Notes: a model not told the origin generated them from the sequence alone. Counted from the first letter of the stretch, positions 1-11,465 are shown. The stretch: 64,000 nucleotides of DNA from Patescibacteria group bacterium (GCA_038063515.1 JBBTUY010000004.1:35717-99716), one strand, 5' to 3'. Made by a program: numbers and translations.

Positions 1-175
1 CAAGCCTTACTACCTTTTTAGCTTTTTGAGTAATAGCTTTTTTATTTTTCTTTGGAGCAGGTTTTGCTTTTTTCACTTTTACTACTTTCTTTAGCTTAAC
101 CTTTTTCTTTGCAATTACCCTAGGTTTCTTTACAACTTTAACCTTCTTACTTATTTTTTTATTTGTTTTTTTCAT
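1..175 (-). CDS. Lys-rich N-terminus of a gene running off the window edge; probably RNA polymerase sigma factor RpoD (partial)
   Basis: ATG at 175, open frame MKKTNKKISKKVKVVKKPRVIAK...; lies immediately downstream of dnaG (conserved dnaG-rpoD synteny). Identity rests on synteny only. Confidence 0.5.
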   Translation of the reverse strand, partial: MKKTNKKISKKVKVVKKPRVIAKKKVKLKKVVKVKKAKPAPKKNKKAITQKAKKVVRL

Positions 176-186
176 ATTTTTTAAAT

Positions 187-1941
187 CTACACTTTTTTTA
201 AACGACCATTTTTAATTTCTTGTATATAATTATTAATTTCATTAATTTCTTTTAGAAGAATGCCGGCCCTCGCTCCATCTTTCTTTTCTTCGCTCATACG
301 TAATTCCTGCATTTTTATTAATAATTTCTCTTTGTATGTCTCTTCTTTGAGGTTGTTAATCAATTCTCCGACATCTTTTTCTATGTTGATATCCTTCCCA
401 TAAAAAACTTCTGCTTCAAATATCAAATCTTCTCTATTTAAATCTCCTTTTTTTGTAAATTCTTCAGGTGGTATTCCTAAAAGCTCTGAAATTTCTTTTA
501 AAATCGAGACTGTATCTAAGGTACTATCTCTAAGTGTATTTTGCCATAAAATAATTCCCAAAAGCCTCATTTCTATATAATCTTTTTTAAACTTCCTCAC
601 CTCTTGTTGCTCTTCACTCGGCGCAACGTTTTCATTTATTTGTGTAGTTATTTTTTTCAAATCATCCTTCAATGCTTGTTCGGGTATTGAAGTTGCGTCA
701 GATATCTTTTTTAAAAAATGCATTTGTTCTATTTTGCTTTCAATAGAATTAACAAATGGCAAGATCATATCTTTTACTCCTCTGCCCACCTTACGATTAT
801 CCCTTTTTGCATCTACGATAACTCTCGCAAGTAAAAATTCTATGACGTGTTTCGATTCTCTTACAGCACTACGCCATGCATCCACTCCTTCTTTGGAAAT
901 AAGGTCAGCAGGATCAACCCCTGCCTTCATATTTGCAACTTTTACATCCATGCCAAGTGAAAGTGCTATGCGTGCAGCTCGAAGTGAAGCATTAAATCCC
1001 GCCTTATCACCGTCATATGCAAGTATGATATTAGTTGAGAGACGACGCACAAGTCCTAAATTAGAAACTACATTTTCTTTACTCATTGTCACGTCAGATA
1101 GTGCTGTACCAGATGATGCCACGGTATTTCTAAATCCTGCTTGGTGTGAAAGAATGAGATCCATCTGACCCTCCACTAAAATAGAGAAATTATTTTTACG
1201 AATCGAGTCTTTGCCACGATCTAGTCCAAACAAAACATACGACTTGTTAAAGATTGGTGTGTCCGGACTATTTAAGTATTTGGCTGACTTGCCGTCATCT
1301 GTAAAAAGTCTTCCAGAGAAAGCAATCACCCGACCACTCGAATCAGCAATGGGAAACATTATTCTGTTGCGGAAACGATCGTAGTAACCCTTTTCTGTTT
1401 TCTTTATAAGTCCCGCTTTTTCTATCTCGTCTTCACTATACTTAAGTTTGGTGAGGTGTGAATAAAGTAGTCGCCAATCTTCAGATATAAAACCAATTCT
1501 AAAATTCTTAATACTTTCTTCGGTAAGTCCTCTATCTTTAAGATAGGATAAAACTGGAGCATTGTGCAAGATATTTCCTTCAAAAAAAACAGTAGCTGCT
1601 TCCATGACTCTATACAATCTCTCTTTTTCTGAAAAAGCTTCTGCTTCTTCTTTAGTAAATTCTTTCAGGTTAACTCCGGCCTTGTCAGCAAGAAGTTTTA
1701 ATGCGCCCTTAAAATCAAGTCCTTCGAACTCTTGAACAAAAGTAAAAATGTCCCCTCCCGCACTACAACCAAAACAGTAAAAGCTTCCCCGTCCTGGTGA
1801 GATAAAAAAGGACGGAGTCCTTTCATTGTGAAAGGGACATTTTGCTTTAAAATTAGCTCCTGCTGGTTCAAGCTTAATATAAGAAGCAATAACTTCCTCT
1901 ATGGACAATATCTCCTTAATTTTAGGAACGGGAGAATGCAT
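187..1941 (-). CDS. dnaG: DNA primase
   Basis: Zn-finger CPFHNERTPSF..CFGC, YDRFRNRIMFPI, KYLNSP, TOPRIM VEGQMD and YDGDKAG. Confidence 0.97.
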   Translation of the reverse strand: MHSPVPKIKEILSIEEVIASYIKLEPAGANFKAKCPFHNERTPSFFISPGRGSFYCFGCSAGGDIFTFVQEFEGLDFKGALKLLADKAGVNLKEFTKEEAEAFSEKERLYRVMEAATVFFEGNILHNAPVLSYLKDRGLTEESIKNFRIGFISEDWRLLYSHLTKLKYSEDEIEKAGLIKKTEKGYYDRFRNRIMFPIADSSGRVIAFSGRLFTDDGKSAKYLNSPDTPIFNKSYVLFGLDRGKDSIRKNNFSILVEGQMDLILSHQAGFRNTVASSGTALSDVTMSKENVVSNLGLVRRLSTNIILAYDGDKAGFNASLRAARIALSLGMDVKVANMKAGVDPADLISKEGVDAWRSAVRESKHVIEFLLARVIVDAKRDNRKVGRGVKDMILPFVNSIESKIEQMHFLKKISDATSIPEQALKDDLKKITTQINENVAPSEEQQEVRKFKKDYIEMRLLGIILWQNTLRDSTLDTVSILKEISELLGIPPEEFTKKGDLNREDLIFEAEVFYGKDINIEKDVGELINNLKEETYKEKLLIKMQELRMSEEKKDGARAGILLKEINEINNYIQEIKNGRLKKV

Positions 1942-1998
1942 AATTTATTTAATAGATAATTCTAGTAAGAAAAAACCTACGGGAAGTATTCGTATTAT

Positions 1999-4900
1999 TT
2001 ACTTCTTAGCTTTAAAACCTGTACCAGCTGGTATGAGTCTTCCGATGATAACATTTTCTTTTAGACCTCGAAGAGAATCTACTCCTCCCTTCACTGCATT
2101 TTCTATGAGCACTCTGTTTGTGTTTTGGAATGATGCAGCAGAAAGCCAGCTCTTTGTACGTAGTGAAACTTCAGTAATACCGAGTACTACGATCTCAGCC
2201 TTTGCTTCCTTGCCACCGAGTGTATTTACTCGAGAATTTTCTTCGATAAATGTAGTGTGCTCTACTATGTCTCCATTGGAGAAGTTAGTCTCACCTGCCT
2301 CCTTTATCTTTCTTCGTGAGAACATTTGACGAACGATGATCTCAGTGTGCTTTCTAGAAATAGACGCATTTTGAAGTTCGTACACTTTATTTATTTCACG
2401 AATGATGTATTTCTCCACGAGTTCTTTATTACCAAGCTTAAACATCTCTGTAATGTCTGCTGATCCGTCTGTCAAAAGCTGTCCCATTTTTACTTGGTCG
2501 CCTACTTTAACTATCGGCATTCTATGGAAAGACACAGCGTACTCTACTTCATGCTTGTCACCACTTGCCTTACCATCTGTAATATCAGATAAAACTTTTA
2601 TGATTTTTTCTTTATCATCTTTATTCTTAACTTCTATCACCTCACCGTCAGTCATAGATATAGTTGCAGGATTTTTAGGAACTCGTCTTTCAAATATTTC
2701 TTCAATACGTGGAAGACCTGTCGTGATGTCAGTACCCGCGACACCTCCAGCATGGAAAGTTCGAAGCGTAAGCTGTGTTCCCGGCTCACCAATAGCTTGT
2801 GCTGCGATGATACCTACTGCCTCACCGAGATCAACCAATTTGTTTCTTCCGAGATCTAGACCGTAACAGTTAACACAAAGACCGTGAACAGTTCTACATG
2901 TAAGTGGAGATCGTACGAAAACTTCCGTAAATCCTGCGTCGTCTATGACTTGACTGTCTTCTTTAGTTACGAGAAATCCTTTCTTGTAGGCCACATTGCC
3001 ATCTTTGTCTTTAAGGTCACCAGCAAGTATTCTTCCTCGAATATTCTTTGCAAGAGATATCTCAATTCCTGAAATATTTTCTGCTGTAATTATTTTTCCT
3101 TCTTTTGTCCCACAGTCTTCTTCGGTGATGACCACGTCTTGCGCAACGTCCACAAGTCTTCGTGTAAGGTATCCGGACTTTGCAGTGTTAAGAGCCGTAT
3201 CTGAGGCACCTTTTCTCGCACCATGAGTAGTGATGAAATATTCAATAGGAGACAAACCTTCTTGATAAGAAGATATGATTGGGAATTCAAGAGTTTTACC
3301 TTGGTTGTTTTGAATAAGACCTTTCATTCCTATCATCTGAGATAGAGATGTCATAGTACCTCTCGCTTTAGAAGTAAACAAGTCGTAAGTAGAACCATTT
3401 TTATCAAGTGTATTGGGAAGAACTTTTTCTAATTCCTTTTTAGCACTTGTCCAAATTTCTATAATTTTCTGATATTTTTCTGAGTTAGAAAGAAGTCCTT
3501 CACTCCACTGAGAAATAATTTCTTCTTCTAATTTTCTTCCTTTAGCAATGATTGCTGGCTTCTCAGGTGAAACTTTAACATTGTCCACACCCCATGTAGT
3601 ACCAGAAACTGTAGAGTACTTAAATCCGAATTCCTTTATCTTGTCGAGTATTGGAGGTGTATTGTCCACTCCATAACGCATGATGAGCTCGTCTAAAAGA
3701 GATGAAAGTCTCTCTTGAGTCATTTCATCATCAACATAAGGGAAATCACTTGGCAGGATGCTGTTAAAAAGAAGTTTACCTACAGAAGTATCAAACATAC
3801 CGCCATTAAATTTCGCGTAACGCAATGAATCTGTAGCGAGAACTTTAATCTTTGCACGTAGACCTACAATTCCATAGTCATGAGAACTTATAGCAATGTT
3901 TGGACTAGAGAAATATTTTCCTTCACCTGTTTCTCCATCCACTGATTTTGTCATCCAGTATGCACCGAGCACCATGTCCATGCGAGGGTTTACGATAGGC
4001 TCACCATTTTGTGGTTTTAATAGATTCTTGTTTGAAGCCATTAATTCCTTAGCTTCATTTTGTGCTTCTTCAAGAAGTGGCACATAGACTGCCATCTGGT
4101 CTCCATCGAAGTCAGCATTGAAAGCCTGACATACGAGTGGGTGTACTTGAATGGCATTACCTTCGATTAGTATTGGATTAAAAGCCTGAATACCAAGACG
4201 GTGCAAAGTAGGAGCGCGGTTTAATAGAACGTACTTACCTTCTATCACCTCTTCAAGCATTTCCCAAACTACCGCTTCACGCTCTTCTATCAATTTATTT
4301 GCTCCACGAATGTTGAATGCGAGCTCCGCTTGTAAAATCTTAGAAATAACAAATGGACGGAAAAGCTCAAGAGCCATGTGCTTTGGCAATCCACATTGAT
4401 TAAGTTTTAAATCAGGACCGACGACGATCACAGAACGTGCAGAATAGTCTACACGCTTACCGAGCAAATTCTGACGGAAAAGTCCTTGTTTTGATTTTAG
4501 GTTATCAGAGAGAGACTTAAGTGGACGCTTTTGTGACTGACTCATAGCAGCAGAATCATTTTGCTTTGCTATAGAGTTATCAATGAGTGCATCTACTGCC
4601 TCCTGAATGATTCTTTTCTCATTTCGGAGGATCACGTCTGGAGCATTTATTTCCTTTAATTTCTTTAGACGATTATTTCTGTTTATAACTCTACGATATA
4701 AGTCGTTAAGATCACTTGTGGCATGTCTTCCACCATCGAGTGCAACCATCGGACGAAGCACAGGAGGTATAACAGGTATAACAGTTAAAAACATCCATTC
4801 AGGACGAATCTTTGCATAGATCATCGCACGAATAAGAGAAAGTCTTTTTTGTAATTTATCTTTCTCGACGATGCTGGCCTTTTCTAGCATAGATTCTGTG

Positions 4901-5598
4901 TGAACTTTTAGTTTATTTAGATCAAGATTTTTAAATATTGAGTAGATTGCTTCCGCACCAATGTTGGCTTCAAAGCATGTGCCGTACTTCAAAGAATAGT
5001 GGTGAAAAGAAATTTCATTTAAAACTTTACCTTCATATATCTCTCCTATTTCTTTCTTAGTAATAGAAAGGAGGTTCTTTAATTTCTCTCTTGTGTCATC
5101 ATCAACAGCGTTCTTTAATTTAGATTTGTATTCTTTATCCAAATTGTCGATTATACTTTGCTTTTCTTCTTCATGAACCTTTACCACTATATAGCCAGCA
5201 AAATATATAACCTTTTCAAGGTCAGTGACAGAGATGTTCAGAAGTATACTCATACGAGAAGGTACACCACGGAGGAACCATATGTGTGACACAGGAGTAG
5301 CAAGCTCTATGTGACCCATACGTTCACGGCGCACTATAGAGCGAGTAACTTCAACTCCACATTTTTCACAGATTATATCTTTGTAACGAATACGACGATA
5401 CTTTCCACAGTAACATTCATAATCCTTTTCAGGTCCGAATATTTTCTCGTCAAAGAGACCGCCACGCTCACTTCTACTTGTACGGTAGTTTATTGTTTCT
5501 GGCTTTGTAACCTCACCAAAAGACCATTCTTGTATTTGCTCTGGTGAAGCAAGTCTTAATGTTATTTGATCAAATTCAGTTGTATTTAGAGTTTTCAT
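1999..5598 (-). CDS. rpoC: RNA polymerase beta' subunit
   Basis: KPETINYRT, Zn-binding CYCGKY..CEKC, catalytic [23 protein letters not shown]. Confidence 0.99.
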   Translation of the reverse strand: MKTLNTTEFDQITLRLASPEQIQEWSFGEVTKPETINYRTSRSERGGLFDEKIFGPEKDYECYCGKYRRIRYKDIICEKCGVEVTRSIVRRERMGHIELATPVSHIWFLRGVPSRMSILLNISVTDLEKVIYFAGYIVVKVHEEEKQSIIDNLDKEYKSKLKNAVDDDTREKLKNLLSITKKEIGEIYEGKVLNEISFHHYSLKYGTCFEANIGAEAIYSIFKNLDLNKLKVHTESMLEKASIVEKDKLQKRLSLIRAMIYAKIRPEWMFLTVIPVIPPVLRPMVALDGGRHATSDLNDLYRRVINRNNRLKKLKEINAPDVILRNEKRIIQEAVDALIDNSIAKQNDSAAMSQSQKRPLKSLSDNLKSKQGLFRQNLLGKRVDYSARSVIVVGPDLKLNQCGLPKHMALELFRPFVISKILQAELAFNIRGANKLIEEREAVVWEMLEEVIEGKYVLLNRAPTLHRLGIQAFNPILIEGNAIQVHPLVCQAFNADFDGDQMAVYVPLLEEAQNEAKELMASNKNLLKPQNGEPIVNPRMDMVLGAYWMTKSVDGETGEGKYFSSPNIAISSHDYGIVGLRAKIKVLATDSLRYAKFNGGMFDTSVGKLLFNSILPSDFPYVDDEMTQERLSSLLDELIMRYGVDNTPPILDKIKEFGFKYSTVSGTTWGVDNVKVSPEKPAIIAKGRKLEEEIISQWSEGLLSNSEKYQKIIEIWTSAKKELEKVLPNTLDKNGSTYDLFTSKARGTMTSLSQMIGMKGLIQNNQGKTLEFPIISSYQEGLSPIEYFITTHGARKGASDTALNTAKSGYLTRRLVDVAQDVVITEEDCGTKEGKIITAENISGIEISLAKNIRGRILAGDLKDKDGNVAYKKGFLVTKEDSQVIDDAGFTEVFVRSPLTCRTVHGLCVNCYGLDLGRNKLVDLGEAVGIIAAQAIGEPGTQLTLRTFHAGGVAGTDITTGLPRIEEIFERRVPKNPATISMTDGEVIEVKNKDDKEKIIKVLSDITDGKASGDKHEVEYAVSFHRMPIVKVGDQVKMGQLLTDGSADITEMFKLGNKELVEKYIIREINKVYELQNASISRKHTEIIVRQMFSRRKIKEAGETNFSNGDIVEHTTFIEENSRVNTLGGKEAKAEIVVLGITEVSLRTKSWLSAASFQNTNRVLIENAVKGGVDSLRGLKENVIIGRLIPAGTGFKAKK

Positions 5599-5630
5599 AT
5601 ATAATTTTAAAATTTAAAAGGTTCTTGTAA

Positions 5631-8600
5631 TTAAGAGTTAGACTCTTTCTTTAGGTCTACGTCGAGTGCAAGACCTCGTAAATAATTTAAAAGTACATTG
5701 AATGATGCCGGGGAGTTAGGTGGTCTGATAGGTTCATTTTTGATAATAGAATCAAATGTTGCAGAACGTCCAGCTATGTCGTCAGACTTAATAGTGAGCA
5801 TTTCACGTAGTGTGTATGCTGCACCATAACCTTCGAGTGCCCAGACTTCCATTTCTCCAAATCTCTGTCCTCCACCTTGTGCTTTACCACCGAGAGGTTG
5901 CTGAGTGATGAGAGAGTAGGGACCAATAGAACGCATGTGAATCTTGTCTTCTACCATGTGGTGTAGCTTCAGCATATACATGTAACCCACAGCTACGTCT
6001 TGCTCAAATGCTTCACCTGTTCTTCCGTCAAATAATTTTAATTTTCCATTTTCTGGCAATCCAGCTTTTACTAATTCTTCTTTGATTTCTTCACGTGTAG
6101 CACCGAGGAATGGTGGCACTATTGCTTGGTAGCCGAGAGTATTTGCAGCCATACCGAGATGCATTTCAAGTATCTGACCCAAGTTCATACGAGAAGGCAC
6201 ACCAAGTGGTGAGAGTATGATGTCTATAGGTGTACCATCAGCAGTGTAAGGCATATCTTCTTCAGGCATGATACGAGATATAACACCCTTGTTTCCATGT
6301 CTTCCTGAAAGCTTGTCTCCAACTGAAATATTTCTGATCTGTGCAACTTCAATAACGATCTTCTTTATGATACCAGCTTCGAGTGTGTGACCAAGATCAC
6401 GAGAAAAGATTTTTACACCGATAATTCTTCCACGCTTTCCGTGCTCCATACGAAGTGATGTATCTTTCACATCACGGGCCTTTTCAGCAAAGATACTTCG
6501 AAGAAGTCTCTCTTCTGGAGTAAGCTCTGTCTCACCTTTTGGAGTAATTTTACCCACCAAGATATCATTTTCTCGTACTTCTGCACCTACACGGATGACA
6601 CCGTCTTCATCTAAGTCTTTAAGTTTGAGCTCACCTATGTTTGGAATGTCGCGAGTAGTTATCTCAGCGCCGAGTTTTGTATCACGAACAACACATGTAA
6701 ATTCTTCTAAGTACACTGAAGTAAATTTACTTTTCTTAACAAGTCTTTCAGAAACGATAATCGCATCTTCATATGTTGACCCAGACCATGACAAGAATGC
6801 TACGAAAATATTTTGACCTATTGATATCTGACCGTCCACAGTACTACTTGTATCTGCAAGTACGTCTCCCTTTTTCACCTTGTCTCCCACACTCACAGAT
6901 GGACGCTGATGAAATACTGAGAAGTTGTTGTTACGCATGAAATTTACAAGACTATAAGTCTTTTCAGAATTTTTATCACCCTTGGCCTCCTTGCCTTCTA
7001 CGACGACTTTCTTTGCATCCACATAAGATACAACTCCGTCTATTTCAGAAAGTATTAAACGTCCTCCGTCTCTTGATGCTAATTCTTCCACACCAGTTGC
7101 GACGAGTGGAGCTTCAGGAGATACGCAAGGTACCGCCTGCTTCTGCATGTTACTTCCCATGAGTGCTCTGTTTGCATCGTTATGTTCGAGGAATGGTATG
7201 AGAGATGTTGCAATAGAGAAAGCTTGGTTTGTAGCCACATCAATGAAATCAAGTTCCATTTTAGAAATAGTACCTGGCTCTGTTTTAAGTCTTGCTTCTA
7301 CTTTGTCTCCATTTATTTTTCCATCTTCATCATAGCTAATACCAGCGTGTGCAATGTTGTAGCCTTCTTCTTGAACTGCGTTTAAGTAAACAACTTCACC
7401 AGTAATAATACCTTTTTTAACTTTGATATAAGGAGTTTCGATAATTCCAAATTCATTTATTCTTGCGTATGTAGAAAGGTGCAAGATAAGTCCGATGTTT
7501 GGACCTTCTGGAGTATGTATAGGACAGACTCTACCGTAGTGTGAAGGATGCACGTCACGCACTTCGAGTCCTGCACGTTCACGAGTAAGACCGCCGGGTC
7601 CGAGCGCAGACAAAGTACGCAAATGCTCTATTTCGTTAAGCACATTTTCTTGCGCCATAAATTGTGAGAGCTGGTTTGTAGTGAAAAATTCTTTAATACG
7701 AGCTTGAAGTGGACGCTGGTTTATGATGTGTATAGGAAGAGCCATGTCTACATCAATGATGGACATACGGTCTTGGATATTTCTCTTTATCTGCATCATA
7801 CCTGTGCGAACTTTCTGCTGAAGAATTTCTCCCACGAAACGCACACGTCTCTGACCCAAGTGATCTATGTCGTCAGCGCGAGATCCTGGAGTATTGTTTA
7901 ATGTTATGATGTGAGTAATTACAGTCAATAAATCTTCAGGAGAGATTGTCTTTCTTGCAAGCTCTTCTTCATCCATAGATTTATTAAAACGCTGGTTAAA
8001 TCTAAAACGTCCCACAGAAGACAAGTCGTATCTGTCTTTACTAAATAGTGAATCGATAAACTCCTTTGCATTGTCAGCAGTAGCCATGTCTCCGTCTCTT
8101 AAACGCTTGTATATCTCTATATATGAATCATTTGCTGTTTTTGCTGAGTCTTTAAGGAGACACTGCTTAATAGTCGCCTTTATAAAATCAGGTGTTTCCT
8201 TACTATTAAATGCTGCTTCTATTTTTTCGTTTGTGTCGTATCCAAATACACGAAGGAGTGACATAGCACCAAATTTTCTCTTTTTGTCTATTCGTATGTA
8301 TATTGCACCATCAGCATCAGACTCTATTTCAATCCATACTCCACGAGCAGGGATTATCTTTGCGCCAAAATATTTACCCCCCTTTACTTCTAACTCTGTA
8401 AAGAAAACACCGAAAGAACGGGCGAGCTGTGGAACGATAACTCTCTCTACTCCGTTTATGATAAAAGTACCGTGTGAAGTCATGAGAGGAATTTCAGACA
8501 TGAAAATCTCCTGTTCCTTAACAGTACCTAAAATCTTGTTATTTAATTTTACACGAGCTTTGAGAAGACCTTGGTAAGACAATTTATTTATCTTAGCGTA

Positions 8601-8828
8601 ACTCTCATCAAACTTTGGCTCGTTTAGAGAAAAAGAAGTGAACTCTAGTTCAAACTTCTTTGTCGAATAATCACTAATAGGAGAAAACTCCTTAAAAACT
8701 TCACCGATGCCTGTTTCTACAAGCCACTTGAAGCTCTTAATCTGAGCTTCTATCAAATTTGGAAATTCGACCAATGGCTTCTTATACCTAGAGAAATGCT
8801 TCTTCGGCAGCTTTTTTTCTATTTGCAT
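5631..8828 (-). CDS. rpoB: RNA polymerase beta subunit
   Basis: GTFIINGVERV, RTLSALGPGGL, GDKLSGRHGNKG, GGQRFGEMEVWALE. Confidence 0.99.
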   Translation of the reverse strand: MQIEKKLPKKHFSRYKKPLVEFPNLIEAQIKSFKWLVETGIGEVFKEFSPISDYSTKKFELEFTSFSLNEPKFDESYAKINKLSYQGLLKARVKLNNKILGTVKEQEIFMSEIPLMTSHGTFIINGVERVIVPQLARSFGVFFTELEVKGGKYFGAKIIPARGVWIEIESDADGAIYIRIDKKRKFGAMSLLRVFGYDTNEKIEAAFNSKETPDFIKATIKQCLLKDSAKTANDSYIEIYKRLRDGDMATADNAKEFIDSLFSKDRYDLSSVGRFRFNQRFNKSMDEEELARKTISPEDLLTVITHIITLNNTPGSRADDIDHLGQRRVRFVGEILQQKVRTGMMQIKRNIQDRMSIIDVDMALPIHIINQRPLQARIKEFFTTNQLSQFMAQENVLNEIEHLRTLSALGPGGLTRERAGLEVRDVHPSHYGRVCPIHTPEGPNIGLILHLSTYARINEFGIIETPYIKVKKGIITGEVVYLNAVQEEGYNIAHAGISYDEDGKINGDKVEARLKTEPGTISKMELDFIDVATNQAFSIATSLIPFLEHNDANRALMGSNMQKQAVPCVSPEAPLVATGVEELASRDGGRLILSEIDGVVSYVDAKKVVVEGKEAKGDKNSEKTYSLVNFMRNNNFSVFHQRPSVSVGDKVKKGDVLADTSSTVDGQISIGQNIFVAFLSWSGSTYEDAIIVSERLVKKSKFTSVYLEEFTCVVRDTKLGAEITTRDIPNIGELKLKDLDEDGVIRVGAEVRENDILVGKITPKGETELTPEERLLRSIFAEKARDVKDTSLRMEHGKRGRIIGVKIFSRDLGHTLEAGIIKKIVIEVAQIRNISVGDKLSGRHGNKGVISRIMPEEDMPYTADGTPIDIILSPLGVPSRMNLGQILEMHLGMAANTLGYQAIVPPFLGATREEIKEELVKAGLPENGKLKLFDGRTGEAFEQDVAVGYMYMLKLHHMVEDKIHMRSIGPYSLITQQPLGGKAQGGGQRFGEMEVWALEGYGAAYTLREMLTIKSDDIAGRSATFDSIIKNEPIRPPNSPASFNVLLNYLRGLALDVDLKKESNS

Positions 8829-9043
8829 AGTTATTTTTATCTAAAATAAAAGAAAAACCAAAAAATACAGCGAGAAAAACAAAGGGAAATGCTGTTTCTT
8901 TTAACTTCTTATTATTGTCTAGAAAATGATTAAGCTTAAACGTTTATAATGCACACAAGATTGCATCCAGTACTCAATCAATGAATCAAAATAAGTATAC
9001 TTATTTTTTAATGTTTGTCAAATTTATAGGCTCAGATAGACGT

Positions 9044-9087
9044 AAATAGAGGTTTAGCCTCTATTTGTAGACGTCGGACGTCTACAA
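9044..9087. repeat. Two tandem REP-like hairpins (AAATAGAGG-TTTAG-CCTCTATTT and TTGTAGACGT-CGG-ACGTCTACAA)
   Basis: Perfect inverted repeats directly downstream of the trmD stop; the CGG loop matches the hairpins flanking the RAYT. Confidence 0.6.
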
Positions 9088-9091
9088 GTTA

Positions 9092-9778
9092 TTATTTACC
9101 CTTTTTCCATTCCTCGATCTTTGCCTGATGACCAGAAAGTAAGACTTTTGGGACTTTATAGTTCTTACCCTTATATTTTAGTATTTCAGGACGGGTATAT
9201 ACTTCACTACTTGAGATTCTCTCTTCTTCTAGGGATTCATATTTGCCGAGTACTCCTGAGATCTGACGAGAGATAGAATCGATCAAAACCATAGCGGGTA
9301 GCTCGCCACCTGTTAAAACATAATCCCCTATGGATATCTCTTCTGCTTTTAAGATCTTTTGCACTCGTGCATCTATGCCTTCGTATCTACCTGAAATCAA
9401 AATTATATCTGTATATTTTTGTGCAGATTTTTTCGCATAGCTAGTATCAAACTTTTTACCTGAAGGAGAAAAAATAATTACCTTAACATTGCGAAGGCTA
9501 GAAGAAGCTTTTCGAGTGGTCTGGGGATTTTTTCCGAGGACCCGAGAAAAGTTTCTACTAGCCGCAGCAAATGCTTTAAGAAAAAGCTCAGGACGAAGTA
9601 CCATCCCCGGTCCGCCTCCGTATGGCCTGCCATCTATCCTCTTTTTTGGCTCACAGTAGTCTATAGGATTATAGAATTTTATAGAAATCTTTTTATCCTT
9701 CACCGCCCGGCCCAAAATAGACTCTTGTAAATAAGAGTCAAACATCTCGGGAAATATAGTTATTATATGAAAACGCAT
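9092..9778 (-). CDS. trmD: tRNA (guanine-N1)-methyltransferase TrmD with a palindromic in-frame insertion
   Basis: PYGGGPGMV, GRYEGIDAR, SIGDYVLTGGELPA, VPKVLLSGHQ. Confidence 0.96.
   Translation of the reverse strand: MRFHIITIFPEMFDSYLQESILGRAVKDKKISIKFYNPIDYCEPKKRIDGRPYGGGPGMVLRPELFLKAFAAASRNFSRVLGKNPQTTRKASSSLRNVKVIIFSPSGKKFDTSYAKKSAQKYTDIILISGRYEGIDARVQKILKAEEISIGDYVLTGGELPAMVLIDSISRQISGVLGKYESLEEERISSSEVYTRPEILKYKGKNYKVPKVLLSGHQAKIEEWKKGK
9489..9570. repeat. 82-bp intragenic palindromic element, copy 1 (inside trmD)
   Basis: 25-bp arms (20/25 complementary) around a core whose 26 bp (9517-9542) are identical to 25583-25608 in pheT. Confidence 0.85.
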
Positions 9779-9802
9779 AGCGAAACTCGACTCACTTATT
9801 TA

Positions 9803-10045
9803 TTATTCCGTGTAGAAAAACTTTTTTAATTCTTGTTCAGGGAGATACTCTCTTGCTTGTTTATAAATCCCATGAGTCATACCACGATCAAGTTCTTTAT
9901 GGTTAGGGACAACTAAATGTTCCAAAACTCCTTCCACTATTCTACTTAAAATCATATGGCTGCCTTTTTGACGGTTAAGTATGAAACCTTGCTTTTCAAG
10001 AAAACCTATCAAATCACTCCCAGAAATCCTGCGAAGTTTAGGCAT
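9803..10045 (-). CDS. hicA: HicA-family toxin (mRNA interferase)
   Basis: 80 aa; GF..RQKGSH and VPNH motifs; overlaps the upstream antitoxin ORF. Confidence 0.85.
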   Translation of the reverse strand: MPKLRRISGSDLIGFLEKQGFILNRQKGSHMILSRIVEGVLEHLVVPNHKELDRGMTHGIYKQAREYLPEQELKKFFYTE

Positions 10046-10274
10046 ACTGTCTAAATGGTATCTCGTAATTCATCAATACTGAAGGATTTTTAGTAAGACT
10101 GTTAATAGAATCATCTTTCATGGAAACTTCCAAATAAAGCTCAGTGGCCTCAGAAATATTTTTTGTAATTTCATCTAAGGTTTTACCTTGAGTAAAAATA
10201 GGGAAATCTGTCGCCTTGGCAACAAAATACCCGTCTACACCTTGTGAAATAATAAATTGAATAATATTTTTCAT
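10038..10274 (-). CDS. hicB: HicB-family antitoxin (short, no DNA-binding domain)
   Basis: FTQGKTLDEITKNISEATELYLE, a typical HicB segment; paired with hicA. Confidence 0.8.
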   Translation of the reverse strand: MKNIIQFIISQGVDGYFVAKATDFPIFTQGKTLDEITKNISEATELYLEVSMKDDSINSLTKNPSVLMNYEIPFRQYA

Positions 10275-10312
10275 AAATATATTATATCATACTATTTACC
10301 TGATGTACAATT

Positions 10313-10350
10313 AAAATAGCCGGTAATCCTCGAGGATTACCGGCTATTTT
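10313..10350. terminator. Perfect 38-bp palindrome, probable intrinsic terminator
   Basis: AAAATAGCCGGTAATCCTC/GAGGATTACCGGCTATTTT downstream of the lipoprotein ORF. Confidence 0.7.
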
Positions 10351-10394
10351 TTGAGGGTTATAGGCCCCTCAGCCTGTGTGGGAGAAAAACAAAC

Positions 10395-10907
10395 CTAGAA
10401 GGTTTTGTTCTTCTCCCAAATGATTTCGGTCGAAACAAAGCCCGACCCGATAAATTCACCGATATATTGGATCTCGGTGACCTCGCCGTCAACCAACATG
10501 ACCCGAACTCTCTTAGGATCTAATGTTGGAATCAAAGAGTGGAGGCGCCGACCCTCCTTGATTTCAGGGGCGGTTTTCACCCCCCCTTTACTCGGCTCCG
10601 AATTATAAGCCGAATGGCGAGAGTAGACGCTACACGGCTTGCTCTCGCCAGGCAAATCAAGGCCGATTACGAAGACGAATTCGAAACACTCCCCGCCATC
10701 GCAGGCAGGGAATGCAATGAAATTTTCTTCGGGAATGCTCACGCCGATTTTGGTCGGCGTGACCTCAGTCACACCCGGCGTGGGAGTCGGTGTCGCCACA
10801 TACCTCGTTGCAGACGAGGTATGTGGCCCCTGAGGCGCGACTCCCTCGCACCCAAGGAAAACCAAAGTCGAAAAAACGAAAACGAACGCAAAAAAAATCT
10901 TTCGCAT
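10395..10907 (-). CDS. Orphan predicted lipoprotein (locally GC-richer)
   Basis: MRKIFFAFVFVFSTLVFLG-C lipobox, TPTPTP linker, AAGGA SD upstream; start 10907 or 10913. Confidence 0.65.
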   Translation of the reverse strand: MRKIFFAFVFVFSTLVFLGCEGVAPQGPHTSSATRYVATPTPTPGVTEVTPTKIGVSIPEENFIAFPACDGGECFEFVFVIGLDLPGESKPCSVYSRHSAYNSEPSKGGVKTAPEIKEGRRLHSLIPTLDPKRVRVMLVDGEVTEIQYIGEFIGSGFVSTEIIWEKNKTF

Positions 10908-10991
10908 AACCATTCCTTTTCAAAATCTGCAGTTGTTAAATGCACACGCCGATACAAACTGGCGTATGCTTGACTATCTAAAATCAATAAA

Positions 10992-11024
10992 AGCATATAT
11001 ATATATATATATATATATTGTCAA
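10992..11024 (-). promoter_or_regulatory. Sigma70-type promoter with (AT)12 microsatellite in the spacer
   Basis: TTGACA (11024-11019), 21-nt spacer, TATGCT (10997-10992); (AT)12 at 10995-11018. Confidence 0.55.
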
Positions 11025-11028
11025 TAGC

Positions 11029-11071
11029 AACACAAAAAAAACGCTTACAAAATAAGCGTTTTTTTTGTGTT
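11029..11071. terminator. Intrinsic terminator after khpA
   Basis: AACACAAAAAAAACGCTTA / TAAGCGTTTTTTTTGTGTT inverted repeat with A/T tails. Confidence 0.7.
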
Positions 11072-11090
11072 TGAGTATTTTTTATTTAAA

Positions 11091-11465
11091 TTATATCCCC
11101 TTTAAGTCTTCCATTGCCTGGTCTACAGTCTTAAATGAAGTTTGAGATGTAGTAGGGCCTCCACGCTGATATGCTGAGCCACCTATCTCCTCACTACTAC
11201 TAGCTGGTCTAGGTGCGCCACCTTCTGGCTCGTTAATCTTTAAGTTTACGCGAGCGTTGTTCTTCATACCTATGATGCGGAGGAGAGTACGAATAGCCTT
11301 TGCAGTATTACCCATTCTTCCTATGATCTTACCCATATCAGAAGGGTTGACTGTGAGAGTTATAAGTACACCCATCTCGTCCACTGTACGCTCTATCTTT
11401 ACGTCATTTGGATTGTCTACGAGAGCCTTCACTACGTATTCTAGAAACACCTGATCGTTTTCCAT
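11091..11465 (-). CDS. khpA: KH-domain RNA-binding protein KhpA
   Basis: VKALVDNP, DMGKIIGRMGNTAKAIRTLL; downstream of rpsP. Confidence 0.9.
   Translation of the reverse strand: MENDQVFLEYVVKALVDNPNDVKIERTVDEMGVLITLTVNPSDMGKIIGRMGNTAKAIRTLLRIIGMKNNARVNLKINEPEGGAPRPASSSEEIGGSAYQRGGPTTSQTSFKTVDQAMEDLKGI

Noticed and set aside
10405-10996. Alternative overlapping ORFs in the GC-richer patch (10405-10608, 10539-10973, 10639-10833, 10769-10996)
   Set aside because: Likely by-products of higher GC; only 10395-10907 has a signal peptide, SD, promoter and terminator.
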